Assembly (NCBI GenBank): GCA_035539855.1
Contig: DATLHO010000169.1
Span: 23,883-87,882 of the forward strand
DNA: 64,000 nucleotides
Source: Candidatus Kapaibacterium sp.
GTDB lineage: Bacteria; Bacteroidota; Ignavibacteria; OLB7
Direction: 5' to 3'
Below, in pieces: positions 42,801-51,305 of the stretch. Position 1 is the stretch's first letter, and each line of letters begins with the position of its first letter. The notes under the pieces were generated by a model. That model had not been told where the DNA came from. It worked only from the letters and a program-made list of their open reading frames with translations, and made no database searches. Made by a program: the position numbers and the translations under genes.

Positions 42801-45000
42801 CAGTGATACAACCGACATTCGTGACAGCTCGTCGCCGTGGCTGCCGCGCGCCAGGAATTTCCATCCGGCCGTCGCCGTCACGCCCGGCGGGACGTCGGCA
42901 CTCGTGGTCTGGGAGCGCTGGCACGTCGATTCCTCCGCCGCCTCCGTCGAGGCCTTATGGATCGAGAGCCGGCCGAAGGCATCGGCCGCCAACATCGGCG
43001 ACAGCATTCGATTCCATGTCACGCGCGACCGCCTCAGGACGAATCCCCTCGATACGTTGGGTTTCGCTCCGGCGGCCATCGGAATTGACGGAGGCTATGT
43101 CATTGCCTATGCGACCGGCAACGAGCATGGGATGAGCCTGACGGTATTGCAGGACCAGCCGTATGGCCTCGTCTCCGGCACAACGAACGATACGGCGAGC
43201 GCGCATGCCATCTGCTGGAACTGCCAGGGCACGGCGTTGCCACCCCTGATCGACAGCACGTCGTACTTCCCCACGCTCGCCTACGTTCGCAACGAGGGCA
43301 TCGTCCCGTTTGTCAATCATTGGCGGTGGTGTGGGACCGGTCCTGGCGACTCGATCGTTCCCTCGAACATGTCGGCGCATGTCGTACACCTCGCCTACCA
43401 GCAGGGTAGGCTGCACCTTGCCAACGCGCAGTACATCATGTACAACCAGGCGGCGATCACGTTTCGGCAGAACCAGTTCCCCTCCTATCCACCCGCGATC
43501 TGGATCTCGCCGACGGAGCACGTTAGTGCGGGACTTCCCGGGTGCGGCTTCCTTCATCCTTCGATCGCCGCCGACTCGGTGCTGACCGGCGTAGCGTTCC
43601 AGGCGCACTCGAGCGCTCGCCGGCGCGTCGTGCTACGCTTCCGAGACACGCTGACGTTCCCGGTCTTCAAGGCAACGTGGAAAACGCCAACATATGCCTG
43701 GGCAGAGCGGAGCACCGATTGGTACGAATGGCCCTCCGCAACGCAATTCCCGGCCCTGCCAATGACGGCACTCAGAGGTGCGACCGGCGGGCCCAAGGGA
43801 GGTATCGTCTGGTATCATTCCAACGACACAACGGGCGTTACGCCACAGTATCTCTATCGCTACGGCTATGCGGCGGTCGAGAGAATTCCGAACGGCCAGT
43901 ATCCAACGCTGACGCTCGTTCCGTTTCTCGATACGCTTCCATTTGAATCGTCCAGCATCTTCTATCGAGGGGATACCTCGTCACAATATCTGGGACCGCG
44001 ACCCGGCCTTACGACCGGCACATACTATCCGGCCGCTCTGTTGAACACAGGCACTACCCGATCATCCCTGTTCCGCACAGCAGTTGAGGACAACATCGTA
44101 CACGGTGTCGATATCCGGACGATTTCGGAGCGCAACTGCTCACCTTTTGCCATCCGTGATCGTGATATCAAGGCGGGCCTCTTGACGATGACAACCATCA
44201 CAGAGACCGGGGAGGTCGCGACGTCGGCGACGACGCCGGGGCTTCCTCCGTCGTTCTTTGCCGAACCGATCAACGACAACACGGTGGTCGAATCGCTCGA
44301 GCAATCGGAGCGAGTTGCACGGACGAGTGTCTTTGCGACCACGGCGATCAATCAAGCGATTCGCCGGCAGGTCTCACGCGCGAGCAACGTGATGTCGTGG
44401 CTTGATGGCGAGCCCTACGACAGTGTGCTTCAGCGCGACGCGGACGTTTGGGTACTCACGGAACTCGTACGTGCGGCCGACAGCGTCGTGCTATGGCACG
44501 ACGATACGATCTCCGTTCGCGCGATGACGGTCGACTCACTCGACGAGAGCGTCGAGGTACCGACGAGTACCTACGCGGCACCCAACACGCCTGTCTTCGT
44601 GCGCCTGCGCGTCGAGGCGACCGAGGGTCTCGCGTACGTTCTATCGGCTGGCTTCGAGTGGTCCCGCACGGGACCGCCTTTCACACCTAAGCCAGGCAGG
44701 CGCTTCAAGCAGCGGCAGAATGTACTGGACGCTGGTAGCGAACTGTCGGTTATGGTTCATCCAATTCCGGCTTCGGAGGAACTGCAGATATCGGTTCTCT
44801 CGAAATCATCGGGCCGACTGACGTACATGCTGCGAGACAACCGGGGGTTAGCCGTCGGCGCGCCCGGCACAACCACGGTCTCGGCGGATCGCCCGGCAAT
44901 CGTTCCGTACGATCTGCGGGATGTTCCGAGCGGAAGCTACTATCTCGAGGTCACCGTTAACGGCAATCGCGTCGTCACGAAGGTCTCCGTGCTCCGTTGA
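39889..45000 (+). CDS. Giant secreted protein of unknown function (1703 aa) with T9SS-type C-terminal sorting domain
   Basis: Signal MTPHPRFTSGPLALFLFVVFLAPSSGKAQ. W/Y-rich, no recognised catalytic motif. C-terminus …ELSVMVHPIPASEELQISVLSKSSGRLTYMLRDNRG…SGSYYLEVTVNGNRVVTKVSVLR fits the CTD consensus. Begins 29 nt after the FG-GAP gene, so likely co-transcribed. Confidence 0.75.
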   Translation: MTPHPRFTSGPLALFLFVVFLAPSSGKAQSSGRYRNFHYDSTFHIGSHNLSLVRLAKDTIGFDFNYNYAADLAGIRALLNTPDSLLTWGQIYEKRYYLAADTCSFGLIFTPSRFKALEGESSDGAQGGSFRCQDNYVRGDANLQLLDYADAPPASGIWASAIDGQVSALEIPKLASPVNQTIITMPRYVSTLGLHLPSTKFYDSATMGDHHLGPDSLRYRFKIGFHIVAPDIIEVDPTDTIAYATFYQRVDTLQGQESTDCRCRIYEPFETLVVTRATYLDNDLSPLVGGVEGNYRDVSRWIDIRGGWYHPAPGQSFRSRLGDWLGSLNAGPCTSIGPQRTCASLLLWLRDTLQILDPGSLSLSDDALESDLIFSFTTTRRTKIRYLRSRVSSHAFEALQAGTLDDWLKEEIALFYTDSVLAPMRRQLLRFGVYDEPHWPMYPANRLLALKLQDFIEDDSAGDRRGLFQNPTTSFDSYRTFLGDLNPNQRKAIHQMSRQLFNVIGGPVPVRYANPDFMDDAALESFYAPNGTAGFPKMIALTSPTDYQAYLYRTQKYAFGKYFDHNNNDLPDSAQTTVKGALVPMLGRLVDVGRFKYQNRVRDSVPIWNVVQTSGWLPEAGNVEDTLGYRGLWSQRLVTPEEVAAQCWLSLNAGVQGLEFQEPAFDGPNVGYVDQFLGTGRVKWALPFDSLGNGEYDTATASHSKFWEGTPKTQWRFPKMWLGFRTRYLAVKRIIAELRRIDTVYSRLYYRKEQISIFDTRQSLDTFPLVQSLQTRLARRFPNSSGGFGDSTVVDARDSTYLELTHLYPGPRDTVAFRRGARYLVLTNRRTWPIDTLTYSSRTTQYGSATRGYGNIDVRRPLVVLKNTTGVIADSFFVEKVGYESTTRDTARFGDTVVLGWLEPGWGALYRITPLPSGVSQGGTSYNNVIHSINPSTRDSVCDRLVVYEKDSIVYLRAVDSTGKWSRPWRISDTTDIRDSSSPWLPRARNFHPAVAVTPGGTSALVVWERWHVDSSAASVEALWIESRPKASAANIGDSIRFHVTRDRLRTNPLDTLGFAPAAIGIDGGYVIAYATGNEHGMSLTVLQDQPYGLVSGTTNDTASAHAICWNCQGTALPPLIDSTSYFPTLAYVRNEGIVPFVNHWRWCGTGPGDSIVPSNMSAHVVHLAYQQGRLHLANAQYIMYNQAAITFRQNQFPSYPPAIWISPTEHVSAGLPGCGFLHPSIAADSVLTGVAFQAHSSARRRVVLRFRDTLTFPVFKATWKTPTYAWAERSTDWYEWPSATQFPALPMTALRGATGGPKGGIVWYHSNDTTGVTPQYLYRYGYAAVERIPNGQYPTLTLVPFLDTLPFESSSIFYRGDTSSQYLGPRPGLTTGTYYPAALLNTGTTRSSLFRTAVEDNIVHGVDIRTISERNCSPFAIRDRDIKAGLLTMTTITETGEVATSATTPGLPPSFFAEPINDNTVVESLEQSERVARTSVFATTAINQAIRRQVSRASNVMSWLDGEPYDSVLQRDADVWVLTELVRAADSVVLWHDDTISVRAMTVDSLDESVEVPTSTYAAPNTPVFVRLRVEATEGLAYVLSAGFEWSRTGPPFTPKPGRRFKQRQNVLDAGSELSVMVHPIPASEELQISVLSKSSGRLTYMLRDNRGLAVGAPGTTTVSADRPAIVPYDLRDVPSGSYYLEVTVNGNRVVTKVSVLR

Positions 45001-45180
45001 CGCTCGAGTACGCCTGGCTGTCCACTGGATCACTCCAGCGTCGTCGCGGGGAACGCTCGACCTAGGATTCGCCTGGGCCGGCGTGGGACCATTTGATCGA
45101 GCCGCTCCCGAGCCCCCAACCTTCAAGTAGCCACTGAAGCGACGCCGGATACGCGATCCGTATCTCCGGTGAAATGGTAA

Positions 45181-45208
45181 GGGGTAGCCGCTCATGAGCA
45201 GCTACCCC
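45181..45208. terminator. Bidirectional terminator-like hairpin between convergent genes
   Basis: ggggtagc-cgctcatgagca-gctacccc. 8-bp stem whose loop is itself palindromic (gctcatgagc). Confidence 0.5.
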
Positions 45209-45239
45209 CTATCCTGATTCGCGCCGATATCGGCTCCAT

Positions 45240-45878
45240 CTATCGTGCCGCGACGGGCTCTCCCTTGACCGCGGTGATGTCCAGCAGCAGCCTGACGTCG
45301 TCGCGGATGAGGTCGTCGGGGGCGCCGGCATAGACGATCCCCCAGTCCTTGCGATTGATGATGAAGTCGCCCTTGGCCTTCACCTCGTTTCCGGCGACGG
45401 TGATCGTCGCGGGGAACGTCACCGCCTTCGTCGCGCCGAGCAACTGCAGGTTGCCGGTGACCATGTGGGTCAGGCCCGCCGAATCGATCGGCTCGAAGCG
45501 ATCGGCTTCGAACGTCGCCGTCGGATGCTCCTCGACCTTGAAGAAGTCGGGGCTCTTCAGATGCCCGGTCAGCTTCTCGTTGTCGGACCAGATCGATGAT
45601 GTCTGGATGTTCAGCCGCACCCCGGTCACATCGTCACCGTCGACCGAGACGGTTCCGTCGAACTGACGGAAGCCGCCATCGTGCGCGCGCGTGACCTTCG
45701 CCGCCTTCCACTCGATCGTGCTCCGCGTCGTATCGATCCGATACTCGCCGCCCGCTCCCTCCTGAATCGTCACCGCCTCTCCCGTCTTCGCCTCCGGAGC
45801 ATCGCCGACCTTGCCGCAGGCAACGACGAGCGAGGCGAGAAGCACGAAGACGACCGGCTGAATCCTGGTGATGCGCAT
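45240..45878 (-). CDS. YceI-like lipoprotein
   Basis: MRITRIQPVVFVLLASLVVACG lipobox start, preferred over the extended ORF to 45953. YceI-like core (…STIEWKAAKVTRAHDGGFRQFDGTVSV…LKSPDFFKVEEHPTATFEADRF…). Confidence 0.7.
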   Translation of the reverse strand: MRITRIQPVVFVLLASLVVACGKVGDAPEAKTGEAVTIQEGAGGEYRIDTTRSTIEWKAAKVTRAHDGGFRQFDGTVSVDGDDVTGVRLNIQTSSIWSDNEKLTGHLKSPDFFKVEEHPTATFEADRFEPIDSAGLTHMVTGNLQLLGATKAVTFPATITVAGNEVKAKGDFIINRKDWGIVYAGAPDDLIRDDVRLLLDITAVKGEPVAAR

Positions 45879-46183
45879 TGATGATCCTCGAGTCAATGGG
45901 TGAATGATCATTGTCGCAACAGATATCGGGCCACCCGGCTCGACGCCGATCACCCCGCAGCGCTCGCACGGCGGGCTGCGCGCGGCTCACGGACGGCGCC
46001 GGACACTCACCCAGGGGGCCGGGGACCCTCGATCAGAATCACCCGGTGAGATTCACCCCAGCGGGTGAGGGAGCTCACCCGGGACCCCCGGTAGCTTTGT
46101 ACCCGTAAGACGACGCCACGCTCCCCATGGACGCGCGGCATGGCCCAGGAATTCACGAATAGAAATAATACTGGAGCATCATC

Positions 46184-46642
46184 ATGAAGACCACGATACT
46201 TTCCCTTGTCGCGTTCATTCTCCTCGGCACCACCAGCGCGTTCGCGCAGTTCAGCAGCACTCCGATGGAGCCGGGATTACGAGACCACCTACGAAGCAAC
46301 CGGCAGGCGTCGGTGCAGCTTCTGAGCGACCGGAAGATGGTCATCAACGGCGTGTCGGCCGAGTGGGTCTCGCAGGATCAGATCACTCTGAGCGCCGTGG
46401 TGATCGAGCTCAAGGGCCTCAGCACGGCCTCGAGCGAGCGGATCGCCCGCGAGATCCTCGAGTACAACGTCAGCGGCCCGGTCGGCACGCTGTCGATGGA
46501 GCAGGGGACGATCCGCATGGTGCATCACCTGAACCCCCGCTTCGTCACGCCGGCGGAGATCACCTCGGCGGTTGCGGCCTTCAAGAGCGCGGTCGACGCC
46601 GAGCGCGCGAACCTCGACAAGTCGATGGCGACCCTGCGATAA
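46184..46642 (+). CDS. Hypothetical secreted protein (152 aa), possibly YbjN-like
   Basis: Signal MKTTILSLVAFILLGTTSAFAQ. Weak resemblance to the YbjN putative-sensory-transduction-regulator fold. Low confidence in family. Confidence 0.5.
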   Translation: MKTTILSLVAFILLGTTSAFAQFSSTPMEPGLRDHLRSNRQASVQLLSDRKMVINGVSAEWVSQDQITLSAVVIELKGLSTASSERIAREILEYNVSGPVGTLSMEQGTIRMVHHLNPRFVTPAEITSAVAAFKSAVDAERANLDKSMATLR

Positions 46643-46717
46643 CCTCCTCGACCCAGCGATGTGATGAAGACGATGCGAACGACGATGTGAACGATGGATC
46701 CCGATGGTGAGTGAACA

Positions 46718-46751
46718 GCGGCCGGGCGGCTCTTAAAGAGCGCCCGGCCGC
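46718..46751 (+). terminator. Terminator-like GC-rich hairpin
   Basis: cggccgggcg-gctcttaaagagc-gcccggccg, 10-bp stem downstream of the 46184-46642 gene. No clear T-tract. Confidence 0.45.
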
Positions 46752-46976
46752 AGCCGTTTGCAGGGGTCGCGGGGCGCCGGCGTAATCGAAAGAAAATATT
46801 CGCTCACCGAAAGAACTGACAATCGTCATCATGCGGGTGGATTCGGAGGCCTACATTGCCATCCCCCCGCTGCATCGTCACCCGAAGCGATGAACGATGC
46901 GCCGACACCGTTTGCCCCGACCGGCGCTTCGCACGATCGCTTCCATCGGGGATCGACAATAACCGCAGGTACTCCA

Positions 46977-48290
46977 ATGGCAAATGCAAAGCTCACCCTC
47001 GACGGCCAGGAGTTCGAGCTCCCGGTCATACGAGGATCCGAAGACGAGGTCGGCATCGACATCCGACCCCTGCGCGCGATGACCGGAGCGATCACGTTCG
47101 ATTCCGGCTACGGCAACACCGGTTCGTGCGAGAGCGCGATCACGTTCATCGACGGTGAGAAGGGAATTCTGCGCTATCGCGGCTACCCGATCGACGAGCT
47201 GGCCGAGAAGTCCTCGTTCCTCGAGGTCGCATGGCTGCTCATCTACGGCGAGCTTCCGACGGCCGAGCAGTTCGCGACGTTCAAGGATGCGGTCACGCAC
47301 CGGACGATGCTGCACGAGGACATGAAGAAGTTCTTCGAGGGCTTCCCGCCGACCGCGCATCCGATGAGCGTGCTCTCGGCGATGGTCTCGTCGCTGGCCG
47401 CGTACTACACGACCGCCGACGATCCGGTGACGCTCGACCTGAACTTCATCCGCCTGATCGCGAAGCTTCCGACGATCGCGGCGTTCTCGTACAAGAAGTC
47501 GATCGGCCAACCCTTCATCTACCCGAAGAACAACCTCGCGTACACCGAGAACTTCCTGCAGATGATGTTCGCGACGCCGGCCGAGGACTATCCGATCAAC
47601 CGGCAGCTTGCCGACACGCTCGACCTGCTGTTGATCCTGCACGCCGATCACGAGCAGAACTGCTCGACGTCGACCGTGCGCATGGTCGGCAGCTCCGGCG
47701 CCGATCTGTTCACCTCGATGTCCGCCGGCATCGGCGCGCTCAGCGGACCGCTGCACGGCCGCGCCAACCAGGAGGTGCTCGAGATGCTCGAGCTCATCCA
47801 CGCCGACGGCGACGACTACCGCAAGTACATCGACAAGGCGAAGGACAAGAACGACGGCTTCAAGCTCATGGGCTTCGGCCATCGCGTCTACAAGAACTTC
47901 GACCCGCGCGCGCGCATCATCAAGCAGAAGGCCGACCAGGTGCTCAACGCGCTCGGCAAGAGCGACCCGCTGCTGGACATCGCGCGCAACCTCGAGGAGA
48001 TCGCGCTGAGCGATCCGTACTTCATCGAGAAGAAGCTCTATCCGAACGTCGACTTCTACAGCGGCATCCTCTATCGCGCGATGGGGATTCCGACCGAGAT
48101 GTTCACCGTGATGTTCGCCCTCGGCCGCCTGCCGGGCTGGCTCGCACAGTGGAAGGAGCTCCGCGAGGATTCGACGACGCGCATCTATCGCCCGCGTCAG
48201 ATCTACACCGGCGCGACACTGCGCTCGTACGAGCCGGAGAGCGCACGCACCGGCGTGCACAGCACCAACGGCGCCGAGATGGCTCGCTGA
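46977..48290 (+). CDS. gltA: Citrate synthase (type II)
   Basis: MANAKLTLDGQEFELPVIRGSEDEVGIDIRPL…ITFIDGEKGILRYRGYPIDELAEKSSFLEVAWLLIYGELPT and GFGHRVYKNFDPRA catalytic-His region. 437 aa from ATG 46977 within the longer ORF. Confidence 0.9.
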   Translation: MANAKLTLDGQEFELPVIRGSEDEVGIDIRPLRAMTGAITFDSGYGNTGSCESAITFIDGEKGILRYRGYPIDELAEKSSFLEVAWLLIYGELPTAEQFATFKDAVTHRTMLHEDMKKFFEGFPPTAHPMSVLSAMVSSLAAYYTTADDPVTLDLNFIRLIAKLPTIAAFSYKKSIGQPFIYPKNNLAYTENFLQMMFATPAEDYPINRQLADTLDLLLILHADHEQNCSTSTVRMVGSSGADLFTSMSAGIGALSGPLHGRANQEVLEMLELIHADGDDYRKYIDKAKDKNDGFKLMGFGHRVYKNFDPRARIIKQKADQVLNALGKSDPLLDIARNLEEIALSDPYFIEKKLYPNVDFYSGILYRAMGIPTEMFTVMFALGRLPGWLAQWKELREDSTTRIYRPRQIYTGATLRSYEPESARTGVHSTNGAEMAR

Positions 48291-48310
48291 TCGTAGTCGT
48301 CAATACGAGA

Positions 48311-48348
48311 CAAGGGGAAGCGGGACGACGGTCCTGCTTCCCCTTGTT
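48311..48348. terminator. Bidirectional terminator hairpin between gltA and a convergent gene
   Basis: caaggggaagc-…-gcttccccttg, 11-bp stem then tt. Confidence 0.6.
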
Positions 48349-48366
48349 CGCATGTGCTCGGACGTT

Positions 48367-48972
48367 CTAGCGAAGATCGCGTCCGTCGCCCGAAGCGTCG
48401 CTGCTGGCGTCGACGGAAGGAGCTAACGGAGCGATCGCCTCGGTCGAATCGGGAACCGCATCCTGCGCCGCCACTTCACCCATTTCGGGAGCCGGCATGA
48501 GTCCGCCCATGATGACCGAGTATCCGTTGTCGTCCTCGTCGGGGGGCGGCTCGCGATCTGCCTGGGTCGTGTCGCTCGTCTCCTCGGTGACCGGCGCCAT
48601 CTTCCCCATGATCGGATCGAGCGAGCTCGACGACGCCTCGACGCCGAACGCGCCCGCGACGAGCGCCGTGGCCGCCGCGATCATCGAGCGGACGCGTCGC
48701 ATCCGGCTGTCGCGCACCGCACGGACGCCGACGGGACAATCCCGTGTCAGCACGGTTCCGTCGGCCCGACGATGCAGGCGCACGCAGACGCGGCCCTCGC
48801 GCGCGGCGATGAGCTCCTCGGCCTCGCGGCGCGTCATCGCCGAGAGGTCGTAGACGTTGAGCTGGCATGATCCGCAGAAGCGCGCGCGGTCGTCGCCGCT
48901 CATGGCGCTCCAGTCGGCGGAGCAGGGCGTGGCGATGGCGATCGTGTCCAGAGGTGATGTGGCTCGTTCCAT
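48367..48972 (-). CDS. Hypothetical Cys-rich protein (putative zinc-ribbon N-terminus, one TM, acidic C-terminal tail)
   Basis: PCSADWSAMSGDDRARFCGSCQLNVYDLS (C-x10-C-x2-C…), then TM MIAAATALVAGAFGV and D/E/S-rich tail. Start MERATSPLD preferred over the extended ORF to 49083. Confidence 0.45.
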   Translation of the reverse strand: MERATSPLDTIAIATPCSADWSAMSGDDRARFCGSCQLNVYDLSAMTRREAEELIAAREGRVCVRLHRRADGTVLTRDCPVGVRAVRDSRMRRVRSMIAAATALVAGAFGVEASSSSLDPIMGKMAPVTEETSDTTQADREPPPDEDDNGYSVIMGGLMPAPEMGEVAAQDAVPDSTEAIAPLAPSVDASSDASGDGRDLR

Positions 48973-49130
48973 GGTGCTGGTCCGCGTTGGTTGTCGTTCC
49001 TCGCCCGGAACAGACCCGGGTAGAGAGAAAACGTGCGCGCGCGATTCTGTGACATCGGCCGCCGATACCGAAGCGTCTCGCATCCTTACGGGCGTATTGC
49101 GATGTTTGCGGTTTTCAATCCCGACGTCCC

Positions 49131-49586
49131 ATGCTCGCTGATACCTTTCGCATCCACAACCGGATCAATCTCTACCTGCTCGCGGCGATCGCGCCGGAGT
49201 CGCTCGATGACGGAGCGACGATGAAGGGGCGGACCGTGGGCGAGACGTTCGCGCATCTTCACAACGTCCGCCTGATGTGGATCAAGGCCGCGGCGCCCGA
49301 GCTCCTCGACGGGCTCGAGAAGATCGAGCGCGAGCGCGCCCACGATCCGGCGCTCCTTGCGGAGGCGCTCGAGCGCTCGGGCGAGGCGATCGCGACGCTG
49401 CTCGACAACGCGGCGGCGGCGGGAGGCAGAGTCAAGGGATTCAAGCCGCACGCGACGGCGTTCCTCGGCTACCTCATCGCCCACGAGGCGCACCATCGCG
49501 GACAGATCGCGCTACGCCTGAAGGCCGCGGGCACGCCGCTCGACAGGAAAACGTCGTACGGGATGTGGGAGTGGGGGAGCCGCTAG
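49131..49586 (+). CDS. DinB-family (DinB_2-like, metal-dependent four-helix bundle) protein
   Basis: …ETFAHLHNVRLMW… and C-terminal YLIAHEAHHRGQIALRLK His-triad pattern of the DinB/YfiT superfamily. Confidence 0.7.
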   Translation: MLADTFRIHNRINLYLLAAIAPESLDDGATMKGRTVGETFAHLHNVRLMWIKAAAPELLDGLEKIERERAHDPALLAEALERSGEAIATLLDNAAAAGGRVKGFKPHATAFLGYLIAHEAHHRGQIALRLKAAGTPLDRKTSYGMWEWGSR

Positions 49587-49661
49587 CGGGCTGCGTCCTT
49601 TCGCGCGGGCCGTCGTCCATACGGACGACGAGCGTCTCACAGAACCCAACAGCGGTACCCG

Positions 49662-50219
49662 ATGCACACGACGACCCAGATCTGGAACGAATACAACGCG
49701 AAGCTCCACGCCTTCATCGTCCGGCGTGTGAGCGATCGCTCGACGGCCGACGACATCCTTCAGGACGTCTTCCTGAAGACGCATCGGCGGTTGCACGAGC
49801 TCAAGGACGGAGCGAAGCTGCAGAGCTGGCTCTACCAGATCGCGCGCAACGCGATCATCGATCACTACCGCGAGCGGCGTCTGTCGACCGAGTCGCTCGA
49901 AGAGCTGCCTGCCGACGGACCGGACGCGAGCGATGCCGCGGTGCGCGAGCTGGCCGAGTGCCTGCGTCCGATGATCGAGCAACTGCCGGATCACTACCGC
50001 GACGCCCTGATTCTCGCCGACCTCGACGGCATGACCCAGCGAGAGATCGCCGAGCGTCACGGCATCTCGCTCTCCGGCTCGAAGTCGCGCGTGCAGCGAG
50101 CGCGCACGATGCTCCGCGATCAGCTCGACGCCTGCTGCCGCTTCGAGTTCGACCGGCGCGGCAGCGTCGTCGGCTACACACCGCACGCGTGCGCAGACGA
50201 CTGCGAGAGCGACTGCTGA
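49662..50219 (+). CDS. ECF sigma factor with Cys-rich C-terminal extension (CorE-like / ECF44-type)
   Basis: Sigma region 2 (DILQDVFLKTHRRLHELKDGAKLQSWLYQIARNAIIDHYR) and region 4 (YRDALILADLDGMTQREIAERHGISLSGSKSRVQRARTMLRDQL) followed by CCRFEFDRRGSVVGYTPHACADDCESDC. Confidence 0.8.
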   Translation: MHTTTQIWNEYNAKLHAFIVRRVSDRSTADDILQDVFLKTHRRLHELKDGAKLQSWLYQIARNAIIDHYRERRLSTESLEELPADGPDASDAAVRELAECLRPMIEQLPDHYRDALILADLDGMTQREIAERHGISLSGSKSRVQRARTMLRDQLDACCRFEFDRRGSVVGYTPHACADDCESDC

Positions 50220-50315
50220 AATCTCTGCGTCCTTTTCGCGACCGCTCCGTCTCCGTTGGTGAGCATGGCACGACGCCATGCGCCATACACGACATCAACT
50301 CTCGAGAAACGAACG

Positions 50316-51104
50316 ATGGAACAGTTGACGAGCGACGAGATCCGCACCGCGGTGCGTGAGAATTACGGGAAGGTGGCGGACAGCGGATGCGGCTGCGGGC
50401 CCTCGTGCTGCGAGCCGAGCGCGCCGCTGGACCTTGCGGCGCAGTCGAGGGCGCTGGGATATTCCGACGAGGAGATCGCGGCGGTTCCCGAGGGCGCGAA
50501 CCTCGGGCTCGGCTGCGGCAACCCGCAGGCGATCGCCGCGATGAAGCCGGGCGAGACCGTGCTCGATCTCGGCAGCGGCGCCGGCTTCGACGCGTTCCTC
50601 GCGGCGACCGCGGTCGGCCCAACCGGTCGCGTGATCGGAGTGGACATGACCCCGTCGATGCTCGCGAAGGCGCGCGAGAACGCCGCGAAGTCCGGCCGCA
50701 CGAACGTCGAGTTCCGACTCGGCGAGATCGAGCAGCTCCCGGTCGCCGACGCGACCGTCGATGTCATCATCTCCAACTGCGTCATCAACCTGTCGCCGGA
50801 GAAGGGGCGCGTCTTCAACGAGGCCTACCGCGTGCTTCGCGCGGGCGGGCGCCTGGCGATCTCCGACGTCGTCGCGACGGCCGAGCTGCCGGCGTCGATC
50901 AGGGGCGACCTGGCGCTGTACTCCGGCTGCGTCGCCGGCGCCTCGACGATCGACGAGCTCGAGGCGATGATGCACGCCGCCGGCTTCACCGACATCGTCA
51001 TCGCGCCGAAGGACACCAGCCGCGAGTTCATCCGCGAATGGGCTCCCGGAACGAAGATCGAAGACTACGTGGTCTCGGCGACAATCGAGGCGAGGAAGAA
51101 GTAG
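50316..51104 (+). CDS. arsM: Arsenite S-adenosylmethionine methyltransferase
   Basis: SAM motif VLDLGSGAGFD. Conserved Cys residues (GCGCGPSCCE, …ISNCVINLS…, …LYSGCVAG…). N-terminus MEQLTSDEIRTAVRENYGKVA matches ArsM starts. Alternative starts at 50256/50265. Confidence 0.85.
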   Translation: MEQLTSDEIRTAVRENYGKVADSGCGCGPSCCEPSAPLDLAAQSRALGYSDEEIAAVPEGANLGLGCGNPQAIAAMKPGETVLDLGSGAGFDAFLAATAVGPTGRVIGVDMTPSMLAKARENAAKSGRTNVEFRLGEIEQLPVADATVDVIISNCVINLSPEKGRVFNEAYRVLRAGGRLAISDVVATAELPASIRGDLALYSGCVAGASTIDELEAMMHAAGFTDIVIAPKDTSREFIREWAPGTKIEDYVVSATIEARKK

Positions 51105-51305
51105 CGATCGGATCCGGTGATCAGCAACGAAACGATGAGCGCGGGGGAAGGCCGATGGGCCTTCCCCCGCGCTCGGTTTGGGTCGACCCTGTCGACCGTC
51201 ATAGCTGCTGGAGACAATTCGCAATACCTTGTCGCGTGCATCGGGCAGTGTGTCCCGATGCACCCAGGTGTCAAAGCATACCGCAGATCCCATTGAGGGG
51301 CGATC

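Noticed and set aside
45146-45169. Second short palindrome ggatacgcgatccgtatc upstream of the 45181-45208 hairpin
   Set aside because: Only a 6-7 bp stem. Too weak to annotate separately.
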